Shown: positions 38,423 to 51,071 of the stretch, in pieces
Layout: every line of letters starts with the position of its first letter
Numbering within the stretch: position 1 is the stretch's first letter
DNA from: Parasitella parasitica NRRL 2501
Taxonomy: Eukaryota > Fungi > Mucoromycota
Assembly (NCBI GenBank): GCA_025201805.1
Contig: MU619247.1
Location: forward strand, 223,422-286,133
DNA: 62,712 nt
Reading direction: 5' to 3'
The notes under the pieces: model-generated
What the model was told of the DNA's origin: nothing
Databases searched by the model: none
What the model saw: the letters and a program-made list of their open reading frames with translations, nothing else
Made by a program: the position numbers and the translations under genes

Positions 38423-40193
38423 ATGAGCGAAAAGACATATTTGCCAAAGGGCGAGCCTTTAAAGTCATATGCTGATATAAACTATCTCGACCTGGATCAA
38501 CATCAGCGCATTTGGAAGCAAGTGATTGATTCGCACCCTTTCAATCAAGCTGTAGGCATCACCGAAACACGAATTCAAGAGGTTGATTATAACATGTCTT
38601 TTTTTTTATAGCTTACAATATTTTTGCCCTCGTGCTCCATTAATCTTGCCACAGAGTGCATAGACCAGCAACTCGGATCTTATTATCAAGTAGAATCTAG
38701 GCTCGATTTTCTTTTAGATGCTGATTTCTTTCAAAAATATATCAAATCAGGTACAGACAGCAAACGGGTTGACAAAGCATGCAAAGTGCTCATTTTTGTT
38801 TTTGTTTTTTTTTTACTGCAGATCAATGCCAATTGATTTTGCATAGCACAAACACCGACTTGAATACTGACGATGTAGTTGTCTTGTCACCTTCAGGACA
38901 GCTTTATTTCAGCTTGACGAAGGAGACGTTCGAGACATTTGGCATAGAAGCATTGGGTAGATCTAAAGCAGATATAAAGCACGGCAAGCACGGTAAAGGA
39001 GATTGGCTGAGTAGCATTAGCAACATGTTTGTATCTAATCTCAAAAAAACATTAGTCGTTACGGTGGATTTGAACAGCCCCAACTTCAGACCTGGCAGCA
39101 AACAGTTCGACAGGTTAAAATGGTGTTTTGAAAACACAATGAAGAATGCATTCAAACTAGACATCTGTGCAATTGACTCATGTAAGTGAAGGAGGACAAC
39201 ATAATACCGGACTTGAATATCCCAACTTTTTTTTTTTTTTTCGTTTTGTGGGGGGGGGAATGTATCGACTTTGAAGGATTTTTTTTTACATGGATTCAGG
39301 GCATGCGATCAGATAAAGCGACATGGCTTAACAAGTGCAGCACGCTAAATGTTATTATGTGTTATCTTGTGCGTTCAATACTGGATCACAGTCAAAGTCG
39401 AAACAGGCTACTTGTACAATGCATTGCGACATGCTTACTTTTAAAGATCGCCTCGTAAATGCCTTGTCAAGACATGGGGGGGGGGAAAAAAAAGAGAGGG
39501 GATGTGAAGGCCAAAAGCTTTCGATGTTGCGTCAACTAACGTATACAATAGTAACGGGAACAACCATCGATATCAACTTTCCTTCGACGCTTTACAGTAT
39601 ATATAAAAAGGAGATGGAAGCTGAATTTGAGACATTGTCAGACATAAATATACCATCATTCGAAAATATAGACCATGCAATGGACCAGAAGCTTGAGAAT
39701 TGGGACAATGACGCCATGCAGGCTTTGGAATGGCTCGGCTTGGCTCACTTGAAAGCAAACCGGATTAAGCAACGCAAGGAAAAGGTCGATCCTTTTGTTT
39801 CAGTGTACCGACCGCCTCTGCCGTTACTTGATGATCATCACAGCGGAACATTGGTCAGGTTCAAAGGGCTTATCCCCACCACATGTATTCAAAATATGAT
39901 GATTCTTGTGAGGTAATGTAGAATATTGGGTCCTTTTTTTTATTATTATTATGATTGTTATTATTATTATTTTACTGATTCTTACGTGTGATAGAAAAAT
40001 GATGGCTTCAAACTCAACTTCACAGTGGACTTCTTTGACTTGTTGGGGCTATAGAGATTCGCCATTCACTTGGAATAAGACTGCACATTACAAATATCTA
40101 AACAGTGAAAATGATTACACGATACTTGTATTACCAAACAACAAGTCTGCATACGTTTATCAGCTATATGGCTCGCATCATACCAAATTTTAA
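38423..40193 (+). CDS. RPP40: RNase P/MRP protein subunit p40 (multi-exon)
   Basis: HPFN, LYFSLTKETFETFGI, VVTVDL, EWLGLAHL…DPFVSVY, FKGLIP and WTSLTCWGYRDSPFTW…ENDYT match my recollection of the Rpp40 family pattern. Confidence 0.8.
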
Positions 40194-40554
40194 TCCATCC
40201 CACCGTTGCACAGCGAAATTTACATTTCATTCCTGAAATGTTTGAATAAAGTTTTATTACTTGTACATATATTGCTTGAGCGGTTGTTGTTCATTTATTG
40301 CGGTATAATCCGTCGTTTGATGCTTTTTTGCGAGTAGAGTTTTGCAATATAGTGCCTGATGCAGAGAGAATTTTAATTTGACCTTGTTTTGATGCAATGC
40401 GTTTGTAAATAGTGCCCGGAGCTGAGTAAATCGCCAATCAAAGTATAACAACACTTGAGGAAAAGAATTTTATATCTTGACAGTTCTTGCGCCCAGGACA
40501 AAAAAAAAAAAAAAAAAAAAACAGAGCTCTTTCTTTCAAGCAAATCTCAACATT

Positions 40555-42157
40555 ATGAAGTCGTATATATGGCTTGCAGCCGCTTTTTTAGCCAATGCTG
40601 TAGCATCTGGCTCTGCTACTCATGTAGTAACACTTGGCAATATGCAAGAGTTTGACAACGCAATTAATTCGAATGAACTGGTGCTGCTAAAGTTCTTTGC
40701 TCCTTGGTGTCCCCATTGCCAAGCATTGAAGCCAGAATACGAAAATGCTGCCTTAGATTTGCAGTCGGATAAAATCGTGTTGGCAGAGGTAGATTGCACC
40801 GTTAGTCATGACATTTGTGCCAGATACCAGGTCCAAGGGTATCCAACAATGCAGGTTTTCAGAAAGGGCCACCCTAGCGATATCTACAACAGTGAGCGTG
40901 ATTCAAACAGCATTGCTAAATACATGAGAAAGTTAGTGCATTGTCTAATAATTCTTGTGTTTTTCTTCCTAACGCTGTTTGTTTGATTATTATTTTTATG
41001 TTTTGTTTTTGTACAGTCATGCAATGACTGATTACAGCAATATTCAGACAAAGAAGGAACTGGACAATCTTCGAGAGAAGGAGGCTCTTTTGGTTGTCGC
41101 CTATATGTCACCTGAGGATCAAGCGTCTTTAAGCGCATGGAAGACTCTTTCTGGACAGCTCGTAGATGATTTTGCGTTTGGAGTTGTCACTGACCAATCA
41201 TTGATGCAAGCAGAGGGAATCGATTCGTGGCCCAGCGTCGTTTTATACAAACACTTTGATGGTTTGCGTGATGTCTACACTGGTTCTATTGTCCCTGAAC
41301 AAGTCGAAGATTTTATCAAGGTCAATGCTGTTCCTCTTCTGGCTCCGGTTGAATCCAGCACCTTCATGGATTACGTTGATGCTGGTCGTCCTCTTGCTTA
41401 CATCTTTTCTGATTCTGACGAGATGAAGAACCAAATGCATCAATTATTCTGGCCGCTGACAAAGAAATACAGGGGCTTGTTCAGCTTTGCTCACATCGAT
41501 GCCAACCAATACAGATCACAAGCTGATTTCCTGTCCCTGAACAACACATGGCCGGCCTTGGCTGTCCACAATTTCAAATCAGGTGCTCGTTTTCCGTTCG
41601 ATCAAAGCAAACAAGTCAATGAGCACGAGGTCGACTTGTTTTTGAATGCCATTTTGCAAGGCCAAGCTGAGCCGGCACTGAAATCACAGAGCTTCCTTGT
41701 TCGCAAACCAGAAGATGCAGTCAAAGCAGTCGCTGGGAAGGATTTTGAAGAGATTGTCATGGATAAGGCAAGGGATGTGCTCCTGGAGATTTACGCGCCC
41801 TGGTGTGGCCATTGCCAAGCTTTGGCGCCCGTATATCAACAATTGGGCGAAGTGATGCAAGCCAACAATGCTGAAAAGGATCATGGAATAGTAATCGCCA
41901 AGATGGACGGTACAGTCAATGATGTGCCTCTTTCTGCGGGCTTTTCGGTCAAGGGCTATCCCACTATAAAGCTATTCAAGGCAAACACAAACACAATCGT
42001 GGACTACACAGGTCAACGAACATTGCATGATTTTGTCAAATTTCTTAACGAGCACTCTACAAAGCAGACTTTGAAGCTTGACTTGGCACTTTTACCGCAA
42101 CCTGGTGAAAAGGTGCTTGAACAAGTAGCCAATAGCGAAAAGCATGATGAGCTTTGA
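40555..42157 (+). CDS. PDI1: Protein disulfide isomerase (a-b-b'-a')
   Basis: Signal peptide, FFAPWCPHC and YAPWCGHC active sites, two GYPT motifs and C-terminal HDEL. One intron. Confidence 0.94.
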
Positions 42158-42433
42158 ACTGAAATTTGATGAACCATCATATTTAATTAAATGAAAAATA
42201 CCACTCCTGCCAGTAACTTGGTCTTGAAGCTTTCATGTGTGTTGGTCCTTCTTTATGACTATGCTCGTGAAGCTTGTCGAACAGGGAGACCTAAATTGCA
42301 ACGAGTCTGGTGTGAATAACTAGAAAACACATGATATTTTCTTGTTTATATTAAATGCTATATTTGATCGTCTTGTATTAACAAATATAGATCACCATAA
42401 TTTTATTATGTATGATATAAAGGGTATGAAACT

Positions 42434-42486
<53 letters not shown>
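42434..42486. repeat. (AAC)n microsatellite
   Basis: Seen directly between convergent 3' ends. Confidence 0.95.
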
Positions 42487-42498
42487 AAAAGAACGAAA

Positions 42499-45137
42499 TC
42501 ACCACAAAAAGCGCAAATCGACACCAACTTGATTGCCACTGATTTCTTCTGTTTTTCTTGCTGCCTCGTCAGATGAGAGGTAGACACTTAATGCCCTACG
42601 CCAGTGGACCGTGTTCTGCTCATTATCACCATAAACATAAGCTTTTCCTTCCAAGCCTTCATCACTTTCGAGTCTCACGGGTTCTGACAAGACTGCACTT
42701 GTTCTTTTGAATTGTAGCATGATTCCCGTCTTTCTGGCAATGCCTACATTTTCACAATCATCCAGTGTTGGTTTGCCTACAGACAAGAGTGGGATCAAGG
42801 ATATAACGCTTAATGGTTGTTTTGTGTCCTGAAATCAACAAAGCAGGGGAGTGTGATTATTCATACTGGGTAAAGCTAGACATCTGTGAAACAGTATACC
42901 TTGAATGTAAAGTCGTGCAAAACTAGCTGATTTTCTTCCATAACAACCCAATATCGCTTCCAAGTCTATATGCCCCGACCCCCCCATACTATTAATTAAT
43001 AACAAACTTTTCAAATTTTACTATAATACTTGCTGGGTGTGCCATCCCTCTGGTGTAAACTGTCAGATAGTCTCCTTGTTGGCAGTGCTTTTGGGAAAGA
43101 TGCAATTCCTTGGGATTAGAAAGTATGTCTTCGCCTATGCTTTCGTATGACGATGATGGACATTCATTTGTGGTGTATGACCAAGGAAATCGGTGCACCA
43201 CTGCTGGCAAGACTTCTTCCACTTTAATATCAATCAAAAGCTCCAGGTTCAGCCAACGGTTGGATGATTTGTCCACAGGCTTACTCAGTCTAAATCGAGA
43301 GATACCCTGATCCAGAATGTCCATTTTGTTTTCAAAGTTCAGACATGTGTAGCCGACAATAGGCAGTTTGGGCAAGTCTTTCTGCGCTGCTGGCTCTGCT
43401 GTCTGGAGCGGCCAAATGCCCATCTTGGCTAATCCTTCTCGAAACACAGTATTGGCGTGGCGAGCAGCAACGACAAAGTTGAGAGAAAAGGGCTCTTCCA
43501 CTTGGCTGCCATGTTTCGCATGCCCTGTTAGTAAATGCTCAGGGCCAACCCCGGTAGAAATGATACACTTACAAAACTAAAGCTTCATCGTAAGGCCTAT
43601 CAGCACTGACATGCTTGTCAATCCTGCGCAACACACCACGCTTCGAAGCCAAAGTTACGTTGTTCAATTGTACATGCAGCTCGTAATCGCAATCTAGAAC
43701 ATCATGTCAAAAGAAAAAAAAAGGGGGGGGGGGAGAAGTCGGTGGAAGGGGAGGGGAAGGGAAAGGAAGAGAGGGGGGGGGGGGCAAATTGTGTCAATAA
43801 AAGTAAGGAGTTTGCAGACAACAAGTTAGTATTAGCAGCACGTACATTATATAAATCTAGAAAACTTACCACGAGTGGAAGCAAGGTTGATTATCTGCAT
43901 GACTATAATTACCTTGTAAATGTCGCTTGTTAATGAAGTCTATGATGTGGGTACGTACCTCGGCAATACATGATTCTCTTTGGAGTAACGTACGTCCTTT
44001 TGCTGGCGACATTCGAAGCCCTTTTATTGCAAGACAAGCTCTGTTGTTCCAATCGATTTCTGGAAGATTAATGCGTCAACCATCTTGTGCGTCATACCAA
44101 ATGTATTATCGAAAAAAAAAAAGATACCTCAAGTATGCAAAATGATCAGCATCAGTACCGTAAATAAGTTCCTCTTTAAATCCTAGTCTTTTGGCCTGTT
44201 GCTCCCGTTCATCAAGGCTCGCAGCATCAGACACGCTCGCAGAAGCACTAGCAGAAAGAACTAGCGGAAAATTATCGAGATGGCTACTATTGCTAAATCG
44301 CAACAACGCATTTCCTCCAAAGCTAGTAACCGAGTGGTATTTTTGTGAAACCAGCAGGCCCAAGTTCTGCACCTGAGGAGAAGCAAGAAGCATTTTCTGG
44401 CCTAACCAGGTAGCAGCACGTTTGAGATGAACCTGTCCTTTGGAAGCCGCACGTGTCATTTTCATAGTAGCATGTCGTTTCAAATTGCTTGGCTTGCTGC
44501 ATAACTCGATGCTATTATCACTATTAGTTAATTCTGACTCTTCTGTGTTTGGCAAAGGAGGCAGGGGTCTCTGCTCGTTCTGCTCTCCTGGATCTTTTTC
44601 AGTGTCTGTGTTGCAGGATACAGCCGTCAAATTGGGGCATGTCGAGCTCTTTCTTGCGGCTTTCAGCGATGAAATTGCTTTGTCGACAATATCAGAACAA
44701 TAGAAACTTGCATTGCTGTTCTTCTGTCGACGCTGTGCACTAGCATCAACGTCCAATGAGTAGTCGCTGTCATTACAAGAAGAAATAGAACAAGCTAAAG
44801 AAGGAGTTGACGGACCAGTGCTCTGTCGCGGTTCGTTAATGGACAATCCAGACATGCCGTTCTGTGATTCCTCCTGATTATTGTTCTTGACGAGTGCTTG
44901 CTGGCGGTTTCGTTGGTATTTGACCATTTGCAACAAGGCCTTTTGAATGATGTTGGCATTTGCATGCGTTGGTTTTGTAGGAGTGCCCTTCTGAGGGCCC
45001 AGATAAGTGGGCTTGGCATCGGACAGCGATCGAAAGGGCACTATGCGCTTGGCATGGCGCTGGGATTTGAACTTGTTGATCGAATCTGACCATCCGCCAA
45101 AGCGAGCATCTGCATTGCTATGTAATCCCTGATACAT
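42499..45137 (-). CDS. C2-like + C-terminal PH domain protein (anillin/Bud4-like architecture)
   Basis: Long disordered N-terminal exon, then beta-rich exons (DYELHVQLNN, EEPFSLNFVV). PH signatures GDYLTVY…TWKRYWVVM…L.LHD and a terminal helix WRRAL. The family assignment is an inference. Confidence 0.65.
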
Positions 45138-45622
45138 TTTTTTTTTCACCGTTTATTGAGAAAAAAGAGAAAGGAAATATTATTCTTGAGAACAGCGTTC
45201 TTGATATCACCATTCCTTTGGGATTGTCAATACCTTTCGGTTGCTACGAACACTCGAAAAGTGTCAAGTTTGAAATTGCAGCAAATTCTCCGATGTCAGG
45301 TCGACAAGTGTAATACATTCTTCAAATGTGATATATAGACACCTTTCTTTTGGCAGTCGTTATTCAAGCCTAGCTCAGATTAAGGGGAGGAAGGAGAATC
45401 CAATATACTTTCTATAAAAACGAACAGGTAGATGATCTGCATTAGATGATGCAGAACATGATTCTTTATCGAGAAATAGAAAAAAAAAAGGGGGGGGGGG
45501 GGGGGAAGAGATGATGAGAAGGGAAACCCGCCAAATAATTTATTTTAAAAATGTTATTATTGTATAAAATGAATTAATAATTTATGTATATATAGTGCCA
45601 ATGAGTGAGTACAAGTGCTTGC

Positions 45623-46708
45623 TTAGTTGTCCTTAGGGCCGCACTCGATTTTAACGTTCTTGATGTACGCTTCAATAGGTCCATCTTGCTTACCCCACTA
45701 TCAAAAACAGCAACCGGTTAATCGAATGAATTTTCAACGCATCAGCGCTCCACTTACATTAATCGGCCCTCTAGCCCATTGAGCAGTGCCGCTGACACCA
45801 CTGCCATCCCAGAGTCCAATTTGGACTCGACTGAATGAACAGAGTAAGTACAAATGTTATTGTTCATTGGCTTTAAATGTTTACAACTTACGCAGCGTGT
45901 GTAGGATAAGCAGGTTCACTTCCGTCCTTGGGATCAGTCTGGTCTCTGGTGAGGGTACGGATAACATTGCCATCAATCTTCCAAATGATCTTCTCAGGAG
46001 ACCATTCAATGGAATATGTGTAAAATTGATCATAGGCGTTGCCTTGGGGGGCATTAATGACTTTGCCATTCTCACCATAGACAATATGAGGGCCATAAAA
46101 GTAGTTGCTCCTATACACACGTATTAATGCTGGTGCTACAGCATAGTTGGAAAGCTCTGCTTACGTTATTTGGTTTTTTGGGCCAGCTAAAAACTCAAAG
46201 TCGATTTCATCGCCATTGTCAGCAATCAAAATTACAGCAGTGACAGAGCCAGGAACCTTTGAAGTCTTTAAAGTTGCAGAGAATTTACCATACTGCATCA
46301 ATGTGGTGGCATTAAAGGTGAAGCCTCTTCCTTCGTACTTGTTGTACTTTAATTCTATGCATATGTTAGGATATAAGCAGTGATTTTGCGCATGTGTAAA
46401 TTATACATATACATACTGTCAGGTGTATCATTATCGGTAAGAGGCTCGTAATGCTCCATGTATTCCGTTGGCTTCAAAATCTTCATTGTGAGACCCTCTC
46501 CGGTGATTTCATAGGTCTCGGCCGTTGATCCTCGCTGCAGAACCCAACCTTCAGTGGTTTCAGCAAAATTAGTGTCCATACTTGTGCATTCAGATTCACC
46601 ACGACGATGCAGTCCAGTAGAAGCAGCATTGTAATCAACGTAGCGTGCTTGAACTGTCAATGCAGAAGAGATCAGAACAAGACCAGCTGAAATGTAGGAA
46701 ACCAACAT
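45623..46708 (-). CDS. Secreted GH16 (Crh/Utr2-like chitin transglycosylase/glucanase)
   Basis: Signal peptide, MQYGKFSAT, GSVTAVI, catalytic DEIDFEF, YTYSIEWSPEKIIWKIDG, YPT…RVQIGLWDG…WARGPINW. No GPI tail. Confidence 0.9.
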
Positions 46709-47092
46709 TGTATAAAGAAAGAGCAACTTTTCCCTGTTTCTCTTGTCTTGATCTATCGAGTATTTATACTTTTTTTTTTTTTTCAAGGGGTTTATATTGT
46801 ATAAATACATAGTTCTAGATCTCAAGGGAGCACGGCAGTACAAAAACAAGCAAAAAAGTGGTCAGGGAGTCCCCATGTTGAAGGGGAGTGGGGGGGGGCA
46901 CGCAATTGTAAATTTATAAATATACAAAAAGCTTTGCAATATAGGAGACGCTGTATGCAATTAATGGATGTATGAAGAACGATGCACCCCTCCTTTTCTT
47001 GCCCGCCTTTGAAAGGTGACATTTTTTGTGGTGTTTATATGTTTAAATTACATGTATTTCCTGGTTTATTCTTGTGCAATATGTGTACTAAT

Positions 47093-47358
47093 TTACTCGT
47101 CTGAAGGAAGAGCCCAATAGCTACCAACAACGGGGATCTTGCTCAAAACATCCTTCTTTAACAAAGGAACATCAGAGCCCAAAAGAAGAACAGCAGAAGC
47201 AGCGCCGGCACCCCAGGTGGCAAGATTAGGAGCACTAAATTGTGGGAAATTAATAACGATAATCAAAGTCATATTCTTGGTTTTCGTTACATTTTGATGA
47301 GTTTCTCGGGCGAGAGGATGGAGAAATGAGGAGAAGTGACAATTCTGGACACAGGCAT
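47093..47358 (-). CDS. QCR10: Cytochrome b-c1 complex subunit 10
   Basis: Spliced product MPVSRIVTSPHFSILSPEKLIKIAPNLATWGAGAASAVLLLGSDVPLLKKDVLSKIPVVGSYW. Confidence 0.88.
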
Positions 47359-47664
47359 TTTTGTATGTTGAAAAGAAGCAAAGGTAGATAAATAACGAAA
47401 TGCCCAATATCAGGGCCCTTTTTTTTTTTTTTCTTTCCCGGATTTAAAACTTGCTGGTGACAGTAAACTACTCTTTTGATGACATCAGTCAAGCTTCTCT
47501 TTTTGGTGCAAAATGAAAGGCTTCACCAAGGATCGAAATGTCTAAAAATGTAGGAATAGCTGCACACCATGACTCTACAAACAAAGCGGGTAATAGCTCA
47601 ACAAGCCTTGCTTTTTTTTTTAAAAAAAAAAAAAAAGTACGCACATGGAGAGGGTTATAAAGCT

Positions 47665-48086
47665 TTATTTATTACGGCATGTTTCGATCACAGATTTGTT
47701 CAATTGGACTACTTGTAGCGGGTCATTAGGTCCATATCTCGATCTTCGTGAGGGCATCGTCTTTGCACGTTTTACTCTTGATTCTTTATGTTGAGAAAAC
47801 AGCTCGGATGAAGGGCTCGATATAGAAGATAAATCTGCCAGGTCTTGAGACTTTTGATGGTGTTGATGAGTATGATAAGGATGACTAGTATTAGTAGCAG
47901 TAGGAGTGGTAGTGGTAGTGGTAGTAGTAGTAGTAGTAGTAGCAGTAGTGGTGGTAGTAGTAGTAGTAGTATGTAGAGTGTTGATTGTGTTGTAGCGAAT
48001 GGGTTGGCTATGATGACGTTGAGCAGATGGTGTGAATGAAGCAGTTGGGGTGGATGATGATTTATTGATGTTTTGCTGTTGTTGCG

Positions 48087-48117
<31 letters not shown>

Positions 48118-49185
48118 TTGCTGCTGCTGTGGATTTTCATCAGACACAGCCGTTGTGGCTGGTGGTGGTAGTGGTGGTAGTGGTGATGATGGCGATGATG
48201 GTTGTGATTCCTCAGCTTGTTTTTGTTGCTGATTCAACACAGTAAACCACGATGAGCGAGGCATCTTAAAACAGTGTTGATGCTCCACTAGGAATTGCAC
48301 CACTTTTTGAGATGTCTTGTACTGAGCAGGGTTCATCGCATGCTCTGGATCAAGCAGAATACCCGGGGTAAACACAGACGCTAAATTGAACGTATCCATT
48401 TTTGTGATTTGAACGTTCTGGCTGAACAATGACAGCAGATCCAGCAGATAAAATAGCAGATACTGATGGTGCTCTGGTAACTGTTCAATCAGGTTTTGGA
48501 ATCGAGCTACCTTTTCCTCTTCTGAGAAGGGCGTTGCGGAAGTGACAACATCCCGAAATGGCTGATATAGCTGATGTACAATAACGGGCTCAGGCAGGTA
48601 ATTCAGAAATCTTCGCAGAACATTGGCTGCATCATGAACTGAGAACCCTTTCCAGTCTAATTGTCTACCGTAATCCGGTGCTGTATTGAAGATTTGCTGC
48701 AGTTGGCCAATCCTCTTTGCACTATAAAACATGTAAATAAGCCCTTGGCTTGTCGAATAGCCGTCTGCTTCAGAAGTTACCTGCCACTCATGCGAAACAC
48801 ACCTTCGGTATAGAGGCCTGGAGCATAGTAGACATCAGGTCAGTGTGCAGCTGTTGCGCAAATACCCTTTTTTTTTTTTTTTTTTTTTTTCTTACCTTGG
48901 TCTTTGAGAAATGAGCCGCATTTGGCGACAATGACTGGTATAAAGCCAACATATTGGACATCATTATCGACGTATGCAATTGCAGCCCGAGCACACTTTA
49001 GACTATCTTGCAGTGGGACACCAAAGATCTGATCGTCTATTCACAGGACTCAACAGTCTAATTCAATGAGCTACATTGCTTCTTCACAAACCTTGCTTCT
49101 GTGAAATTGGTTTATTGTTCGAGTTGTGTGTGACCTTTTTCCACCAACTTTTTATAGGCGTATCTTTGCTTGATTCAATATCCAT
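47665..49185 (-). CDS. RhoGAP (Sac7/Bag7-like) with a poly-Q/poly-T tail
   Basis: SWWKK, IFGVPL, IPVIVAKCGSFLK, EGVFRMSGSAKRI (arginine finger), HDAANVLRRFLNYLPEP and KMDTFNLASVFTPGIL. Confidence 0.92.
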
Positions 49186-51071
49186 TGATCTGTCAAAGGA
49201 GTAGGCAAGAAAGAAAATAATTAAGAAAAAAGGGAAAAGAAGCAAAAGAAGCAAAAAGAAGCAAAAAAAGAAAAAAAAAAAAAAAAAAAAAAATACTGCT
49301 GTGGAAAAAGATATTGGCTTTTTATTTCGCGTATCGATATATGATTATAAAAATAGTAAAATAGCCAAAAGCGGGTATCTAATAAAAAAGAATACCCAAA
49401 ATACATATCAATTTGACACACACTTGATGTACACATGGCCGAGCTTGGCTCCTTAATATGGGATGGTTGAGATCACGGCAAGTTTGCTACAGATACAAGC
49501 CACAGCCATAGCACACATTCCAATTGTGCCCTCAAGCGTTTGCTCGTCATTCATCGGCATAATTGGCACCGTAATATACAAATGTAATATTATATAGTCT
49601 TTTGGATAAAAGGGATCTTCATGGAACTCCGTTTCTCTCAGTTCATGATTTGGTGTAACAAAGTTTTCACTAAATGTTGGTACTTTTAGTAATTGGCTGA
49701 GTGAAATGGCACCCTATATATGACATGTGTTGTTATGTTGGGAATGCACCAAGCATGGTAAATGCCGTTTTGTGTTGAGAAGGGTGTACCATGTAGTTTA
49801 GCGACTGAAAAAATAGCAGCTTCAATTCAAACGATATATGTATATTCATTAATTGACAACAAATGGGTGAGGCCATCTTTAGTTATTGGTTTGTCATTCA
49901 CGGTTTTCGTTTCTTCAAGCCTGCGATGTCTATGTATTGCTGTCTACTCACCTCCAATTAGAGGACAGGCCATGGCTTTGTACACACCGTTTGTTTTTAC
50001 AGGTGATCGCTCAACAACTTTTGCAAACTTAAAAAACTGAGCTCAAATCACAACCATCTTCGGCTTCAGGAGATGTGGTTTCTGACTGATATCTACGACA
50101 TAACGCATCTTTGATTAGCAGACAAGTGAATCACCGTGCTCGATATGGTAAATTTTCTGCCATTTAAGCTCTTTTTTTTTTTGTTTATTTTTATTCGTAT
50201 ACAAGCAACACTGTAGCGGCTTGGGAAAGAGAATATATGATACGTTGTACATTTGCTCAAGCTACCTTTATCTCGGTAAAAAAAAAACAAGTCAGTTTAT
50301 TATGCTATTCCATCAACATGTGCGAATACTCGCCTGTAGAACAATCACAAGAATTTAGGTAAGAGCATATTTGAGCTACATGATGCATTGTAAGTCATAA
50401 ACTTTTCACAGAGAAATCAAGTTTGAAAGTTGAAAAAATCCTTTTCAAACTGTTATTGGCTGTACATACTATGTATAAAACTGGCATTTTCGGCTAAAAA
50501 CCCGTCGAAAACAACACCATTCGTTTTATATTTTTTTTTTATAAAAGATATAAAATGCAAAAGCGAGTTTGACTTTTGCTCATTGAGAGTGGTGCCTACA
50601 CATTGTATGACTCAAGGTTCTCATTAATTTGGAACAAACTCCAATTTTCGCTATCATTAAGGCTAGATTTATCGTTGCTAAATATATTTTCTGCAAAAAC
50701 TACATTCAAAATGTGGTGGAATTGGCTACTCCTGCTTAAAAATAACCGCTTTTGACCTAGTTCCATATAGTATGTGCATCAAGGGAAGAAAAAAAAAAGG
50801 AATGCTATCCTTGTTATAGCGTCTCCTGTACAGTCTTGCTCTGCATTATGGGGTCTGCCATTATGTAAATGTAGGCTTCCACAAAAGTTTAATGCTCACT
50901 ACAAAAAAGTCCCAGTCTTTTAGGTTTTATTTCTCAGTTTCCAATGCAAACGAGAGCATTTACACGTAGATACGGGTTTTAGGACAGTGGAGAGCGATTT
51001 TCTAAGCAGCACATGCACAGAAAAATATACAAAAAGCATTTATGACAACTTATAAATGTAGATGAATGTAT

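Noticed and set aside
39182-39551. TPP riboswitch or embedded RNase P/MRP RNA in the Rpp40 intron
   Set aside because: I could not find the CUGAGA/AUACC TPP core or convincing CR-I/CR-V P4 motifs.
42155-42312. SECIS / selenocysteine readthrough of the PDI TGA
   Set aside because: The TGA directly follows HDEL, so it is a true stop. The hairpin lacks aligned AUGA/GA core geometry and apical AA, and Mucorales are not known to use Sec.
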